A DNA stretch of 36,588 nucleotides from a virus. The translations under genes were made by a program, and so were the position numbers. The stretch is taken from the IMG/VR virus record IMGVR_UViG_3300045988_107626, positions 1 through 36,588 of that record. The stretch is one strand, 5' to 3'. Under the pieces are notes generated by a model that was given only the letters and a program-made list of their open reading frames with translations, was not told the DNA's origin and did not search any database. This document shows positions 1 to 9,254 of the stretch, piece after piece; positions within the stretch are counted from its first letter, which is position 1; each line of letters begins with the position of its first letter.

Positions 1-55
1 CACACTCTCCGAGCGCTCCTCGGAGCCAGATCTAAACGGAGGCGGTCACGATGAC
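1..55. repeat. Terminal overlap copy 1 (identical to 36534-36588)
   Basis: Exact 55-nt identity by direct comparison of both window ends. Confidence 0.97.
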
Positions 56-443
56 ATACACCGACGCAGTCCAGGTCATCCGCGATGCAATCACCGCGGC
101 GACCGGCATCCCGACTGCGCGAGTCCTGCAGCCCGGCTTCACCGACGGGCCGCTTCCACTCGCACACGTCTCGCTCGTACAAACTCAGACGGGGGACTAC
201 GACAGAGACGACACGATCTCGATTTCCATCTACGCAAAAACACCAGCCTCCCCCGACGAAGCCGGAGCCTCAGCGCTCGCGGACCAGATCGAGGGGGCGT
301 TCGACGTCCGTCCGGTCGTCGGGTCTCGCGGCTGGGTAGACGAGGCCGAGGTCGATTCAATCCTGGGCGTGCAGCCATACTTCGAGGCTGTCGAGGTCGT
401 TCACATGACGGTCACGGTCACGCACAGGCCCATCTCAGAATGA
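51..443 (+). CDS. Tail terminator / tail completion protein (130 aa)
   Basis: High-GC3 ORF. Its ATG overlaps the TGA of the HK97 gp10-like gene across the circular junction (ATGA). It lies directly upstream of the tail tube gene. Confidence 0.6.
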   Translation: MTYTDAVQVIRDAITAATGIPTARVLQPGFTDGPLPLAHVSLVQTQTGDYDRDDTISISIYAKTPASPDEAGASALADQIEGAFDVRPVVGSRGWVDEAEVDSILGVQPYFEAVEVVHMTVTVTHRPISE

Positions 444-470
444 CAACACCTGATTAGGAAGGGGTCTTGC

Positions 471-1133
471 ATGACCACCATCGAAGCACTCAAAAAGAAG
501 CATAATCGCACGACCAACGTGCGTAAGGGCCTGAACGCACTCGCGTTCCTGGCCCCGATGACAACGGCAGTCCCGACGGCGATCACCGACTCGGGCGGCG
601 CCCTCAAGGAGATCCCCGCCGATTTCATGCCCTTGGGCCTGATTACGACCGACGGCATCACCTTCTCCGCCGACGCGAAGAACGAAGAGGTCGAAGCCCT
701 CGGATATGCGGAAGCGGTCCGGTCTGACCTGACCGGCGCGCCCAAGTCGGTGAAGCTCACGGTCCTGGAGCCTGTCCGTAAGACGATCCAGCAGCTCGTC
801 TACGGTATCGACCTGTCGCAGACCAAGGCGTCCAAGACCACGGGCGAGATCACCTTCGACGAGGCCGCGATCCCGGCTCTCGCTGAATACCGTCTCCTGC
901 TGGTCATGGCTGACGGCCCCGCCGCCGACGAGTGGCTGATCGGTCGCTGTTACCCGCGCGTGAAGCTGTCCTCTCTTCCGGATGAGAAGTGGGCGGCGTC
1001 GGATGCGATGCAGTTCGACCTTGAGTTCGCGGCCTTCATGGATGAGACGGCGGGAACGTCGTGCCGTCACTACATCGGTGGATCCGGCGCGATCCGTCAC
1101 CGCGACGCGATCGGCTTCGAGCAGGCCAACTGA
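471..1133 (+). CDS. Major tail (tube) protein (220 aa)
   Basis: RBS GGAAGGGG. Sits between the terminator-like protein and the chaperone pair. Size and composition are typical of siphovirus tube proteins. Confidence 0.7.
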   Translation: MTTIEALKKKHNRTTNVRKGLNALAFLAPMTTAVPTAITDSGGALKEIPADFMPLGLITTDGITFSADAKNEEVEALGYAEAVRSDLTGAPKSVKLTVLEPVRKTIQQLVYGIDLSQTKASKTTGEITFDEAAIPALAEYRLLLVMADGPAADEWLIGRCYPRVKLSSLPDEKWAASDAMQFDLEFAAFMDETAGTSCRHYIGGSGAIRHRDAIGFEQAN

Positions 1134-1228
1134 CCTGCTCTCGATCTCGGGCGGGCCGGGGTTGATCTCCCTCCGGCCCGCCCGTCCACACCTCACCTAA
1201 TGGAGATCCCTCACGGATAGGACCATCG

Positions 1229-1402
1229 ATGAAGTTCATCAAGACTGTCAAGACCGACGCCGGCGACGAGCTCAAGCTGGAGCGTGAGACCGACGCTGCC
1301 GTCGAGCAGAACCAGCTCATCTCGCAGGGCTGGGAACCCGCCGCCGACACCGAGGGCGACGAGAAGCCGACGCTGCCCGCGCCTCCCACCTTCAACAAGT
1401 AA
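1229..1402 (+). CDS. Small hypothetical protein (57 aa, below the ORF-track cutoff)
   Basis: ATG at 1229, TAA at 1400-1402. Very high G/C at third codon positions. Fills the gap between the tube and chaperone genes. Confidence 0.6.
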   Translation: MKFIKTVKTDAGDELKLERETDAAVEQNQLISQGWEPAADTEGDEKPTLPAPPTFNK

Positions 1403-1432
1403 CCAACAGCCAGACGAAATAGGAGATCATGC

Positions 1433-1774
1433 ATGTCTGACCAGATGAAGCCCACGTTCACGTTCAACGCTCTCTCGAAGCTGGAGAAGGCCGCAGCCCC
1501 GGCGCCGTTTACCTTCGGGATCGGGAGCCAGGTCATCGCGTTCCCGGATCCGCTGAGCCTCACTCCAGAGGCAGCGGAGAAGTTCATGGCAGCGATGGAG
1601 TCCTCGAAGGCTCCGACGCAGATGATCCGCACATGGCTCGCCGCCGAGGACGCGGACCTGCTCCTCAGCAAGCTGAACATGCGCCAACTCGGCATCCTGA
1701 TACATCAGGCGTCCGAACATTATCAGGGCATGCTGGGCGACGCGGGGGAAGGCAACGCCTCTACGACCGACTGA
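1433..1774 (+). CDS. Tail assembly chaperone, short form (gpG-like, 113 aa)
   Basis: RBS AGGAGA. Lies immediately before the tape measure. A -1 frame ORF overlaps its 3' end. Confidence 0.75.
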   Translation: MSDQMKPTFTFNALSKLEKAAAPAPFTFGIGSQVIAFPDPLSLTPEAAEKFMAAMESSKAPTQMIRTWLAAEDADLLLSKLNMRQLGILIHQASEHYQGMLGDAGEGNASTTD

Positions 1775-2199
1775 GTCGGTACGAGAGGCAGATCGTCTCC
1801 GATCTCGCGGAGCAGGGCTGGGATGCGCCGGCTCTGTTCCGCGCCCGCCGCTGGCGCTTCCTCCTCATCCTCATCGACGGCCTCGGGTCGACGAGCAGGA
1901 CGACAGTCGCGATCCTCAACGATCCCGATCGCTTCGAGGAGATCGCAAAGACCGTCGCCGCGACCGAGGCGACCGCCGACGACACTGAGGCGCGGATGCG
2001 CGAGCAGACGCCCGTCGTGCGGCTCTTACAGGACATCTTTGATCTGGTGTCCGCAGCCTTCGGAGGTAAAGAGCCGTACCCGCGTCCGGTGTCAGCGGTC
2101 GAGCTGGCACTCGAGGATGCGCGCACCGATCACCTTCACGGCTTCCGAGATGAAGCGATGAAGGCTCTCCTCCCCCACTGGGAGGACGACACAGAATAA
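1433..2199 (+). CDS. Tail assembly chaperone, -1 frameshift fusion (gpGT-like)
   Basis: The frame of 1633-2199 is -1 relative to 1433-1774 and is open across the G stop. It has no independent RBS. The downstream part (YDRLSRYERQIVSDLAEQGWD...) ends just before the tape measure. Confidence 0.65.
1744..1750 (+). promoter_or_regulatory. Candidate -1 slippery site GGGGGAA
   Basis: Zero-frame codons are GCG GGG GAA. The P-site GGG can re-pair perfectly at -1. This is the only homopolymeric run inside the overlap window. Confidence 0.45.
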
Positions 2200-2219
2200 C
2201 TGCAGAGAGGAACCCAGGA

Positions 2220-5200
2220 ATGGCCGGCGTTTACAAGGCAGGAACGCTCTACGTTGACGTCGTGCCCTCCATGAGGGGTTTCTTCAAGACCGTCGAGGCA
2301 GACGCAAAGGCCCAGCTGCCCAACATCGGGCAGAACGCGGGTAAGGACTTTGCGAACGGCTTGCGCTCTGGCGTAGGTTCCAGCGGCGCCCAGGTAGCGA
2401 AGTCCATCAGTCAGCCTATCGACGCTGCCGCCACTGAGGCGAAGGCCAGCGTCGACAAGATGACGAAGAGCATGCAGGCCTCGACGGGCGGCATGCAGAA
2501 AGCTGCGGAGGGCGCGGGCCGCAGCTTCACGACGATGGGCGCCGAGGCTGGCCGCAGTCGCGGCCCTATCGAGTCGGCGACGCGCGACCTTGACGAGGCC
2601 GCGCAGGCAGCGGAGAAGGCCGCGAGGGGCACGCGCGAGGCGGGCTCGGGCTTCTCCTCTATGGCGGGCTTTGCACAGAGCGCGATCGCTCCTCTGGCGG
2701 CAATGGCCGCAGCCGTGGGCATCGGTGGTTTCGTCTCCGAGGCTATCGCCGCGTCCGACGCCACCCAGAAATTCGCGGACACCCTCAAGTTTGCGGGGAT
2801 TGATCCTGATCGGATCGAGGAGCTGGGTGCAGCCGCGCAGAAATATGCCGACGAGACCGTCTATGACCTGTCGGACATTCAGGGTATTACGTCGCAGCTC
2901 GCTGCGAACGATGTCGAGGGATTCGACAAGCTCGCCGAGGCGGCGGGTAACCTCAACGCCGTCGCGGGCGGCAGTGCGGAGACCTACAAACAGGTAGGCC
3001 TCGCGCTCGTGCAGGTCAACGGGGCCGGGAAGCTGGCGACGCAGGATTGGAATCAGATCGCAAACGCCATTCCCGGCGCGTCCGGGAAGATTCAGAAGGC
3101 GCTGCTCGACGCGGGCGCCTATACCGGGAATTTCCGCGACGCAATGGCCCAGGGCCAGATCAGCGCGCAGGAATTCAACGAAGCTCTGCTGAGCCTCGGC
3201 TTCGACGAGGTCGCAGCGAACGCGGCTCGCGATACGAGCCGTATCGAGAATGCTGCCGGTAACCTCCAGGCCACGATCATGGGCGGCGTGAAGGATCTCG
3301 TCGACTACATGAAGCCCACGATCACAGACCTGATGGGCTGGCTGTCGGACATGTTCTCGAACGCCTTCGGCTGGATCCAGGAGCACAAGGATCTGCTGGT
3401 CGCCCTTGGTGAGGGGATCGGCGTTGCGGTTGCCGCGTACTGGGGCTTCTCGGTCCTGACGACGGTCATCGAGTGGATCAAAAACACGACGCTCGTGCAG
3501 GAGGGGCTCAACGCCGCTATGGCTGCGAACCCTATCGGCTTGGCGGTCGTGGCTATCGGCGCGCTCGTCGCTGGCCTGATCTACCTGTACAACACGAACG
3601 AGGACGTCGCGAACGCGATCAACTCGCTCGGTGCCGGCATCGCGGAGTTCTGGACGAACAACGTCACGCCGATTATCGACGCTTTCGTCGATTATACGAA
3701 GAACACACTCATCCCGGGCATCGAGTCGGCCTGGGGCATCCTAACCACAGGCGACTACGACGGCAACCTCTTTGGCCTTGAGGAGGACTCGGCGCTCGTC
3801 GACTTCTTCTTCACGCTGAGGGACGCGCTCCTCACGGTCGGCGAGATCGCGTACACCGCGTGGACGGACAAGATCAAGCCGTCCCTTGAGGCGGCGTGGG
3901 AATGGATCAGCGGCACGCTGTGGCCGGGCCTCCAGAACTTCTGGTCAACCGTGCTGCAGCCCTTGTTTGAGGGGATCGGCTCGGGCCTGGCGCTCGCCTG
4001 GACCGCCGTCATCCGCCCGGCGCTCATGGGCATCTGGACGCTGATCTCCCGCGTGCTGTGGCCCGTCCTCAAGACACTCTGGGAGAACGTCGTCAAGCCC
4101 CTCTGGGAGGGCTTCGCATCGGCAGTCCAGTCAGCATGGGCCGTAATCTACCCAGCCATGCAGGCGCTCGCGGGTTTCTTCCGTGACACCCTGATGCCCG
4201 CGCTGTGGAGCTTCTGGCAGGACGTGGTCCAGCCGGTGTGGACGAACGTCTCGAACTTCATCCTCGCGGTGTGGGACAACGTCTTGTATCCGCTTTTCGA
4301 CCTGCTCGTGACGGTGCTTTCGGGCACTGTCGGCACGGCCTTCCAGGGCCTGTGGACAATCGTCGTCACCGCCTGGAATGGGATCAGCTCGGCGATTCAG
4401 ACGGTCTGGGGCATACTATCCCCGATATTCTCGGCGATCGGCAGCGCGATCTCATCGACGCTCGGCCCAACCTTCACGTGGCTGTACGACTCGGTCATCA
4501 AGCCGGTCTGGGACAAGATCTCGTCGGCGGTGCAGACAGCATCATCCGTCCTGATCGACGTCGTATTCCCGGCGATCAAGAACGCAATCGGCGGCATGAA
4601 AGAATCGTTCGAGTCTTTCCGCCAGTCGGTCGAGACCGTGTTCGAGAAGATCAAGGGCGCCGCCGCAAAGCCGATCAACTTCGTCATCACGACGGTCTAC
4701 AGGGACGGCATTAAGGCCGCGTTCGATACGATCGCCGCGAAGGTCGGCCTCTCCGTCCGGCTCCCCGACGTGAAGGCCATTCCGGCCTACGCGACCGGCG
4801 GCGTGTTCTCCACCATGACGCCCGGATATTCTCCGGGCAAGGACATCTATCACTTCTACAGCCCGGACGGGGGCGGCGCGCTGCGCCTGTCTGGCGGCGA
4901 GGGCATCATCCGCCCCGACGCGCTGCGCGCTCTCGGCGGGAAGCCCTGGCTCGACAGAGTCAACGCCTCGCGCGGCTCCGGCCTCGCGACCGTCGGAGAG
5001 ACCGGACGCCGCCGCGGCGAAGTCGCCTTCGCAGACGGTGGAATCTGGAACGCCGTCAAGGGCGGCTTCTCCGGCGCCCTGGACTGGGTCAAGGAAACCA
5101 CGGAAGCAGTCGCTGAGATCGTCACCGACCCCGCAGCCGCAATCGCAAACCTGGTCATCAAGCCGGCGCGCGATCTGCTCTCCACCAAGGACGGCAGCTT

Positions 5201-5909
5201 CTGGGAGAGCGTGGCCTACGGCATCCCACCGATGCTATTCGACGGCCTGAAAAGCATGTTCACCTCGAAGGTGAACGAGTCCGGGCTCTCGGGCGGCGCG
5301 GGCCTCGTCGGCGCAGCCATGAAGGCAGTCCTCATGGGTGTACCTTACGTCTGGGGCGGATCAGCGATCCCGCCCGGCCTCGACTGCTCCGGCCTCGTCT
5401 ACTGGGCCGCGCAGCAGCTCGGTCTTGGCTGGCCTCGCCTCACCGCTGCCGGATACCAGTCCGGCTCAACACCCGTCCCCTGGGGCTCCGCCACACCCGG
5501 CGACCTCCTCTACTGGGGATCGCCCGCCTGGCACGTCGCCATCTACGCCGGCAACGGCCAGATGATCGAAGAACCCAAGCCCGGCCTGAGTGCTCGCAAG
5601 ACCGCGATCTGGGGCTCTCCCTCGGTCGGACGTTACGGCGGCGCACGCAAGTATGACCGTGGCGGATGGCTACCCGACGGAGTCACCGCAGCAGTCAATC
5701 AAACCGGCCAGCGCGAAGCGATCCTTACCGCCCGACAGTGGGCCGATGTCTCCGCGCTCGCGGCCAGCGGCGCGGGTGCGGGGGTCTCGCTGGAGGGTGC
5801 TCAGGTGAATCTGGTTCTCGATGACGGCGTGCAGTTCCGCGCGCACGTCGAGGGGATTAGTGCTGGCGTCCTGGCTCGTAGGAAGCAGCTTGCAGGAAGG
5901 AGCCGATAA
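2220..5909 (+). CDS. Tape measure protein with C-terminal NlpC/P60 peptidoglycan hydrolase domain (1229 aa)
   Basis: Largest ORF, following the G/T pair. The centre carries W/P-periodic hydrophobic repeats. The C-terminal part has GVPYVWGG...DCSGLVYW...HVAIY (NlpC/P60 Cys-His signature). Confidence 0.9.
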   Translation: MAGVYKAGTLYVDVVPSMRGFFKTVEADAKAQLPNIGQNAGKDFANGLRSGVGSSGAQVAKSISQPIDAAATEAKASVDKMTKSMQASTGGMQKAAEGAGRSFTTMGAEAGRSRGPIESATRDLDEAAQAAEKAARGTREAGSGFSSMAGFAQSAIAPLAAMAAAVGIGGFVSEAIAASDATQKFADTLKFAGIDPDRIEELGAAAQKYADETVYDLSDIQGITSQLAANDVEGFDKLAEAAGNLNAVAGGSAETYKQVGLALVQVNGAGKLATQDWNQIANAIPGASGKIQKALLDAGAYTGNFRDAMAQGQISAQEFNEALLSLGFDEVAANAARDTSRIENAAGNLQATIMGGVKDLVDYMKPTITDLMGWLSDMFSNAFGWIQEHKDLLVALGEGIGVAVAAYWGFSVLTTVIEWIKNTTLVQEGLNAAMAANPIGLAVVAIGALVAGLIYLYNTNEDVANAINSLGAGIAEFWTNNVTPIIDAFVDYTKNTLIPGIESAWGILTTGDYDGNLFGLEEDSALVDFFFTLRDALLTVGEIAYTAWTDKIKPSLEAAWEWISGTLWPGLQNFWSTVLQPLFEGIGSGLALAWTAVIRPALMGIWTLISRVLWPVLKTLWENVVKPLWEGFASAVQSAWAVIYPAMQALAGFFRDTLMPALWSFWQDVVQPVWTNVSNFILAVWDNVLYPLFDLLVTVLSGTVGTAFQGLWTIVVTAWNGISSAIQTVWGILSPIFSAIGSAISSTLGPTFTWLYDSVIKPVWDKISSAVQTASSVLIDVVFPAIKNAIGGMKESFESFRQSVETVFEKIKGAAAKPINFVITTVYRDGIKAAFDTIAAKVGLSVRLPDVKAIPAYATGGVFSTMTPGYSPGKDIYHFYSPDGGGALRLSGGEGIIRPDALRALGGKPWLDRVNASRGSGLATVGETGRRRGEVAFADGGIWNAVKGGFSGALDWVKETTEAVAEIVTDPAAAIANLVIKPARDLLSTKDGSFWESVAYGIPPMLFDGLKSMFTSKVNESGLSGGAGLVGAAMKAVLMGVPYVWGGSAIPPGLDCSGLVYWAAQQLGLGWPRLTAAGYQSGSTPVPWGSATPGDLLYWGSPAWHVAIYAGNGQMIEEPKPGLSARKTAIWGSPSVGRYGGARKYDRGGWLPDGVTAAVNQTGQREAILTARQWADVSALAASGAGAGVSLEGAQVNLVLDDGVQFRAHVEGISAGVLARRKQLAGRSR

Positions 5910-7348
5910 TGGCGCGCATAAACCTCTGTCCTAATCCCTCGTTCGCGTATGGCACGAATGGGTGGGCGAGGTATGCGCCGTCGTCGCTCCGTGTAGCGTC
6001 TGATCCTGCTGCGTGGGGCGGGTACGATCGACAGTCGCCAACCTATCTGGCTGTCGATGTGCCCGCTCAGTTGCAGGGGCAGGTCGCGACACCTGGCCTG
6101 GTTCCCGTTTCGGCGGGGCAGGCGCTGGCGGTGTCGGCGCTGGTGCGCACGAGTCCGGGTATCGGGCTCGCCGTCCGTGTCGAGTGGACGGTCGCGGGTC
6201 GCAGTCAGGTCGCGTCTGCGCCGCTGCTGCTGACGTCGAGTGCGGAGGGCGATCGCCCGACGTGGGTCCACGTCGCACCGGCAGGCGCCACGCAGGCTCG
6301 CGTGCGCTTTGAGGTCCATACCTCGGGCGTGCGCGACAATAAGCCCGGGTGGGTCCACCTGGACGACGTGATGATCGTCGCTGCGGCGACCGTCGAGGAG
6401 GCTGTCGCTGACGCGGCGACTTTCTTCGACGGCGATACGCCTCAGCGGCGGATCGGGTACACGCAGCGGGCGATCGCTCACCAGTGGACGGGCACGAAGG
6501 GCCTGTCTGCGTCGCGTGAGGTTGAGGGTGCGCTGGATATGACGCGCGCGCCGGTCGCGGTCGTCGAGGACGGCCAGGCCCCGCGCGTGCAGTTGGTGAT
6601 CCCGGCGTCGCTCGCGCCTGCGGGCACGGCATGCTACGTCGAGGGCATCGCCTCGACGGGCTTCAAGTGGATCCCCCGCGCGGGCGTGTGGACGGGCACG
6701 GGAGAGCAGCGGGTGATCGGTGATTCTCTTGCACCGATCAACACTGAGTTCCGGTACCGGCTGACAACGTCTCGCGGCGTCGAGGTCGAGTCAACGCCGG
6801 TCGTGCGCCGCTGGCAGGGACTCTCGCTCATGACGGATACGGCGGGCAAGATGCCCGTGAATCTGCTCTGGCAGGGGACCGATCAGCGCGAGAAGAAGAT
6901 GAGGGTCACCGAGCATGAGGTGCCCGGCAGGCCGACGCCTGTCATGGTGTACGCACCTACGATGGGTGCGGGCACCGTGTCGCTGACGGCTCGCACGAAT
7001 CTCAAGGACACGCCCGCGCTCAAGCTCCTGCTGGGAACGCCGACACCAGTCGCCCTATTCCACAACCCCGAGCACTGCGTGCAGTGCAGGGCGGGCGTGT
7101 GCGACGTCGATCTAGTGACGCTCATGTCGCCGACAGGGGTCACGATGGAGCGCGCCGCCCGGATCGACATCGCGGAGCGCATCTGGGCGATCAAGGGGAC
7201 GATCACGTCGCTGCCGCAGGCCGCGACGCTTCTCGCTCTCTCGACGTGGGCTGACTTTGACGGGCGCGCGCTCACGTGGCAGGCTCTCGATGCTCGCCGC
7301 CTCACGTGGGAGGGCTTCGACCGCACGATCTGGCAGGAGGAGCGATGA
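5909..7348 (+). CDS. Minor tail protein, distal-tail (Dit)-like, with N-terminal CBM-like jelly-roll (479 aa)
   Basis: TAATG coupling to the tape measure. The N-terminus NLCPNPSFAYGTNGW is typical of CBM4/9-like domains. Position matches Dit. Confidence 0.55.
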   Translation: MARINLCPNPSFAYGTNGWARYAPSSLRVASDPAAWGGYDRQSPTYLAVDVPAQLQGQVATPGLVPVSAGQALAVSALVRTSPGIGLAVRVEWTVAGRSQVASAPLLLTSSAEGDRPTWVHVAPAGATQARVRFEVHTSGVRDNKPGWVHLDDVMIVAAATVEEAVADAATFFDGDTPQRRIGYTQRAIAHQWTGTKGLSASREVEGALDMTRAPVAVVEDGQAPRVQLVIPASLAPAGTACYVEGIASTGFKWIPRAGVWTGTGEQRVIGDSLAPINTEFRYRLTTSRGVEVESTPVVRRWQGLSLMTDTAGKMPVNLLWQGTDQREKKMRVTEHEVPGRPTPVMVYAPTMGAGTVSLTARTNLKDTPALKLLLGTPTPVALFHNPEHCVQCRAGVCDVDLVTLMSPTGVTMERAARIDIAERIWAIKGTITSLPQAATLLALSTWADFDGRALTWQALDARRLTWEGFDRTIWQEER

Positions 7349-8475
7349 GCCTGACCGGCCCGGACGCGCACATCCCGGACGACCTCCTCTCATCTGCTTA
7401 CACACTGCAGGCGACGGTAGAGTCGTGGCTCGGCGACGAGTATCTCGGTGAGGTGCCCGTCGAGGACGGCTCGGTCGCCTGGGACGCAACCCAGCAGGTG
7501 CAGGGCTCGCTCTCCCTCACGGTTCCGCGTGTCGGGTCCGCGAGTGAGGATGAGGACTGGCGGGACTGGGATCCGACGGACCCAACGCATCCGCTCGCTT
7601 GCTTCGGGCAGACGCTGCATGTCTCACTAACGATCGCTTCGGTGATTCCCGGCGGCGGCTGGTGGGATGTCCAGCTAGGCCACTTCCTCATCACGTCGGT
7701 CGATCCAGGCCCCTCTACCGTGAGGGTCACCGGGAAATCGCTGATGCACCGCCTTGAGGAGGACCGCCTCACGACGCCGCTCTCCCCCATGTGGAACGGC
7801 ACGCTCGCATCCGAGATCCGGCGCCTGGTCGGCGGGCACATGGGCGTCGTGATTGACACCGGCCTCGTGGACCGATGGTGCCCCTCGATGACCTGGGGCG
7901 AGTCCCGTATCGACGCGGTGTACGAGATCGCGAAGGCTTGGCCGGCGTCGATCCGTGAGGGCGGCGACGGCATCCTGTACGTGACCCCGCCGGTCTCGCC
8001 GCCGGTCTCGCCGCCGAAGCTGCGGCTCACGGACGACCTGGACGGCACCGTCGTCGGAGTATCCTCTCAGGTCTCGCGCGACAAGGTGTATAACCGCGTC
8101 GTCGCGCGCGGACAGGACGGGCACGACGAGGGAGCACCCGCGTTCCAGGCGGTCGCAGATCAGACGACAGGCCCGATGCGAACCGACGGCCCCTACGGTG
8201 TCGTCCCTCGCTTCTTCTCCTCGCCTCTCATCACCTCGCAGGAACAGGCACGGAAAACAGCGGAGGCGATGCTCGCAGAGTCGATCCGCCGCAAAGTCAA
8301 AGTGCCCGTAGAGCACGCTCCGGACCCGCGTGTCGGCCTCGATCAGCCGATCGAGATCGTCACGCAGCCTGTCCTAGCGGCTGAGCCGAAAACCCTCTGG
8401 GGCCTCGTCACTGCATACGAAGTTCCCCTCACGTACAAAGGCACGCAGAAAACCGACGTGGAGGTGACGCTGTGA
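7345..8475 (+). CDS. Minor tail protein, tail-tip/Tal-like (376 aa)
   Basis: ATGA coupling at 7345 (the ORF-track start at 7276 is rejected). Second gene after the tape measure. Contains a PPVSPPVSPP tandem. Confidence 0.55.
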   Translation: MSLTGPDAHIPDDLLSSAYTLQATVESWLGDEYLGEVPVEDGSVAWDATQQVQGSLSLTVPRVGSASEDEDWRDWDPTDPTHPLACFGQTLHVSLTIASVIPGGGWWDVQLGHFLITSVDPGPSTVRVTGKSLMHRLEEDRLTTPLSPMWNGTLASEIRRLVGGHMGVVIDTGLVDRWCPSMTWGESRIDAVYEIAKAWPASIREGGDGILYVTPPVSPPVSPPKLRLTDDLDGTVVGVSSQVSRDKVYNRVVARGQDGHDEGAPAFQAVADQTTGPMRTDGPYGVVPRFFSSPLITSQEQARKTAEAMLAESIRRKVKVPVEHAPDPRVGLDQPIEIVTQPVLAAEPKTLWGLVTAYEVPLTYKGTQKTDVEVTL

Positions 8476-9254
8476 CCGTCCGAGTGATGGACCTGATCTC
8501 CTCGACGCCGGATGATCTGCCGCCCCGGTACGGGTCGGACAGATCAACGACAGCGATCGCGCGGATTATCGACCTCGTCGAAGGCGGGCGACAGCTCATC
8601 GTCTCCCTGTACGGCGGCGCGGGCGTGCAGATCCCCGCGACCGCCGTCAACTGGCAAGGCGTGAAAACCGCGCACGTTCTCCTCGATCCGGACACGGGGC
8701 GCCCGGTACACGCGCTGGGGCCTGCCCCGTCCCCCGAAGGGCCGCTCCCAGCGGTCCCGAAAACACCAGAGCCTAAGCCCGTGGCCAGGCACGCGGTGCT
8801 CACGCCGCAGTGGATGGGCACCTGGACAACCGGCGGATGGTCGCGCTACGGCGACGGCGGCGCCTGGCAGGGAACCAACGCAGTAGGCCAGCGCCTCCGA
8901 GGCCTCGTCACCTACGGTCGCCAGCTCGAAGCCCTAGGAACGATCACGATCACTCGAGCGCTGCTCACCGTCCGGCCCGCGTCGCACGTCCCACCGTGGG
9001 CGCTCGTGATTCAGCCCGCCGCCTACTCGGAGTCTGGGCCGCAGCTGACAGGCGCGACGCAGACAATCAACGTCAACGCGCAGCAGGCGCAGGTCGACAT
9101 TACGGCCCTGGCAAAGACCCTCAAAGCGGGCGCGGGCCTCGCTCTCGTCGGTACTGCCTACGGCGGCATCACCAAGGGCGGCGCAAGCGCAGCCCTACAC
9201 CTCGACTACACCGAAATACTCCAAGTCAAACCCGCAGAAAGGCGCGCACAATGA
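8472..9254 (+). CDS. Minor tail protein (260 aa)
   Basis: GTGA coupling; lies in the tail-tip module; high GC3. Confidence 0.5.
   Translation: MTVRVMDLISSTPDDLPPRYGSDRSTTAIARIIDLVEGGRQLIVSLYGGAGVQIPATAVNWQGVKTAHVLLDPDTGRPVHALGPAPSPEGPLPAVPKTPEPKPVARHAVLTPQWMGTWTTGGWSRYGDGGAWQGTNAVGQRLRGLVTYGRQLEALGTITITRALLTVRPASHVPPWALVIQPAAYSESGPQLTGATQTINVNAQQAQVDITALAKTLKAGAGLALVGTAYGGITKGGASAALHLDYTEILQVKPAERRAQ

Noticed and set aside
2136-3386. Long antisense ORF (416 aa). Similar cases occur at 10055-10984, 13226-14467, 19901-21031, 24714-25457, 26917-27819, 31317-32624 and 34235-35191.
   Set aside because: All lie opposite or out of frame to well-supported genes. They are Arg/Gly/Pro/Ala-rich with no RBS or recognisable motifs. 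Long stop-free off-frame ORFs are expected in GC-rich DNA.
8810-9250. N-terminal 147-codon extension of ORF 8810-9850.
   Set aside because: It is Arg/Pro-rich junk that fully overlaps the 8472-9254 gene. The ATG at 9251 gives a normal ATGA coupling.
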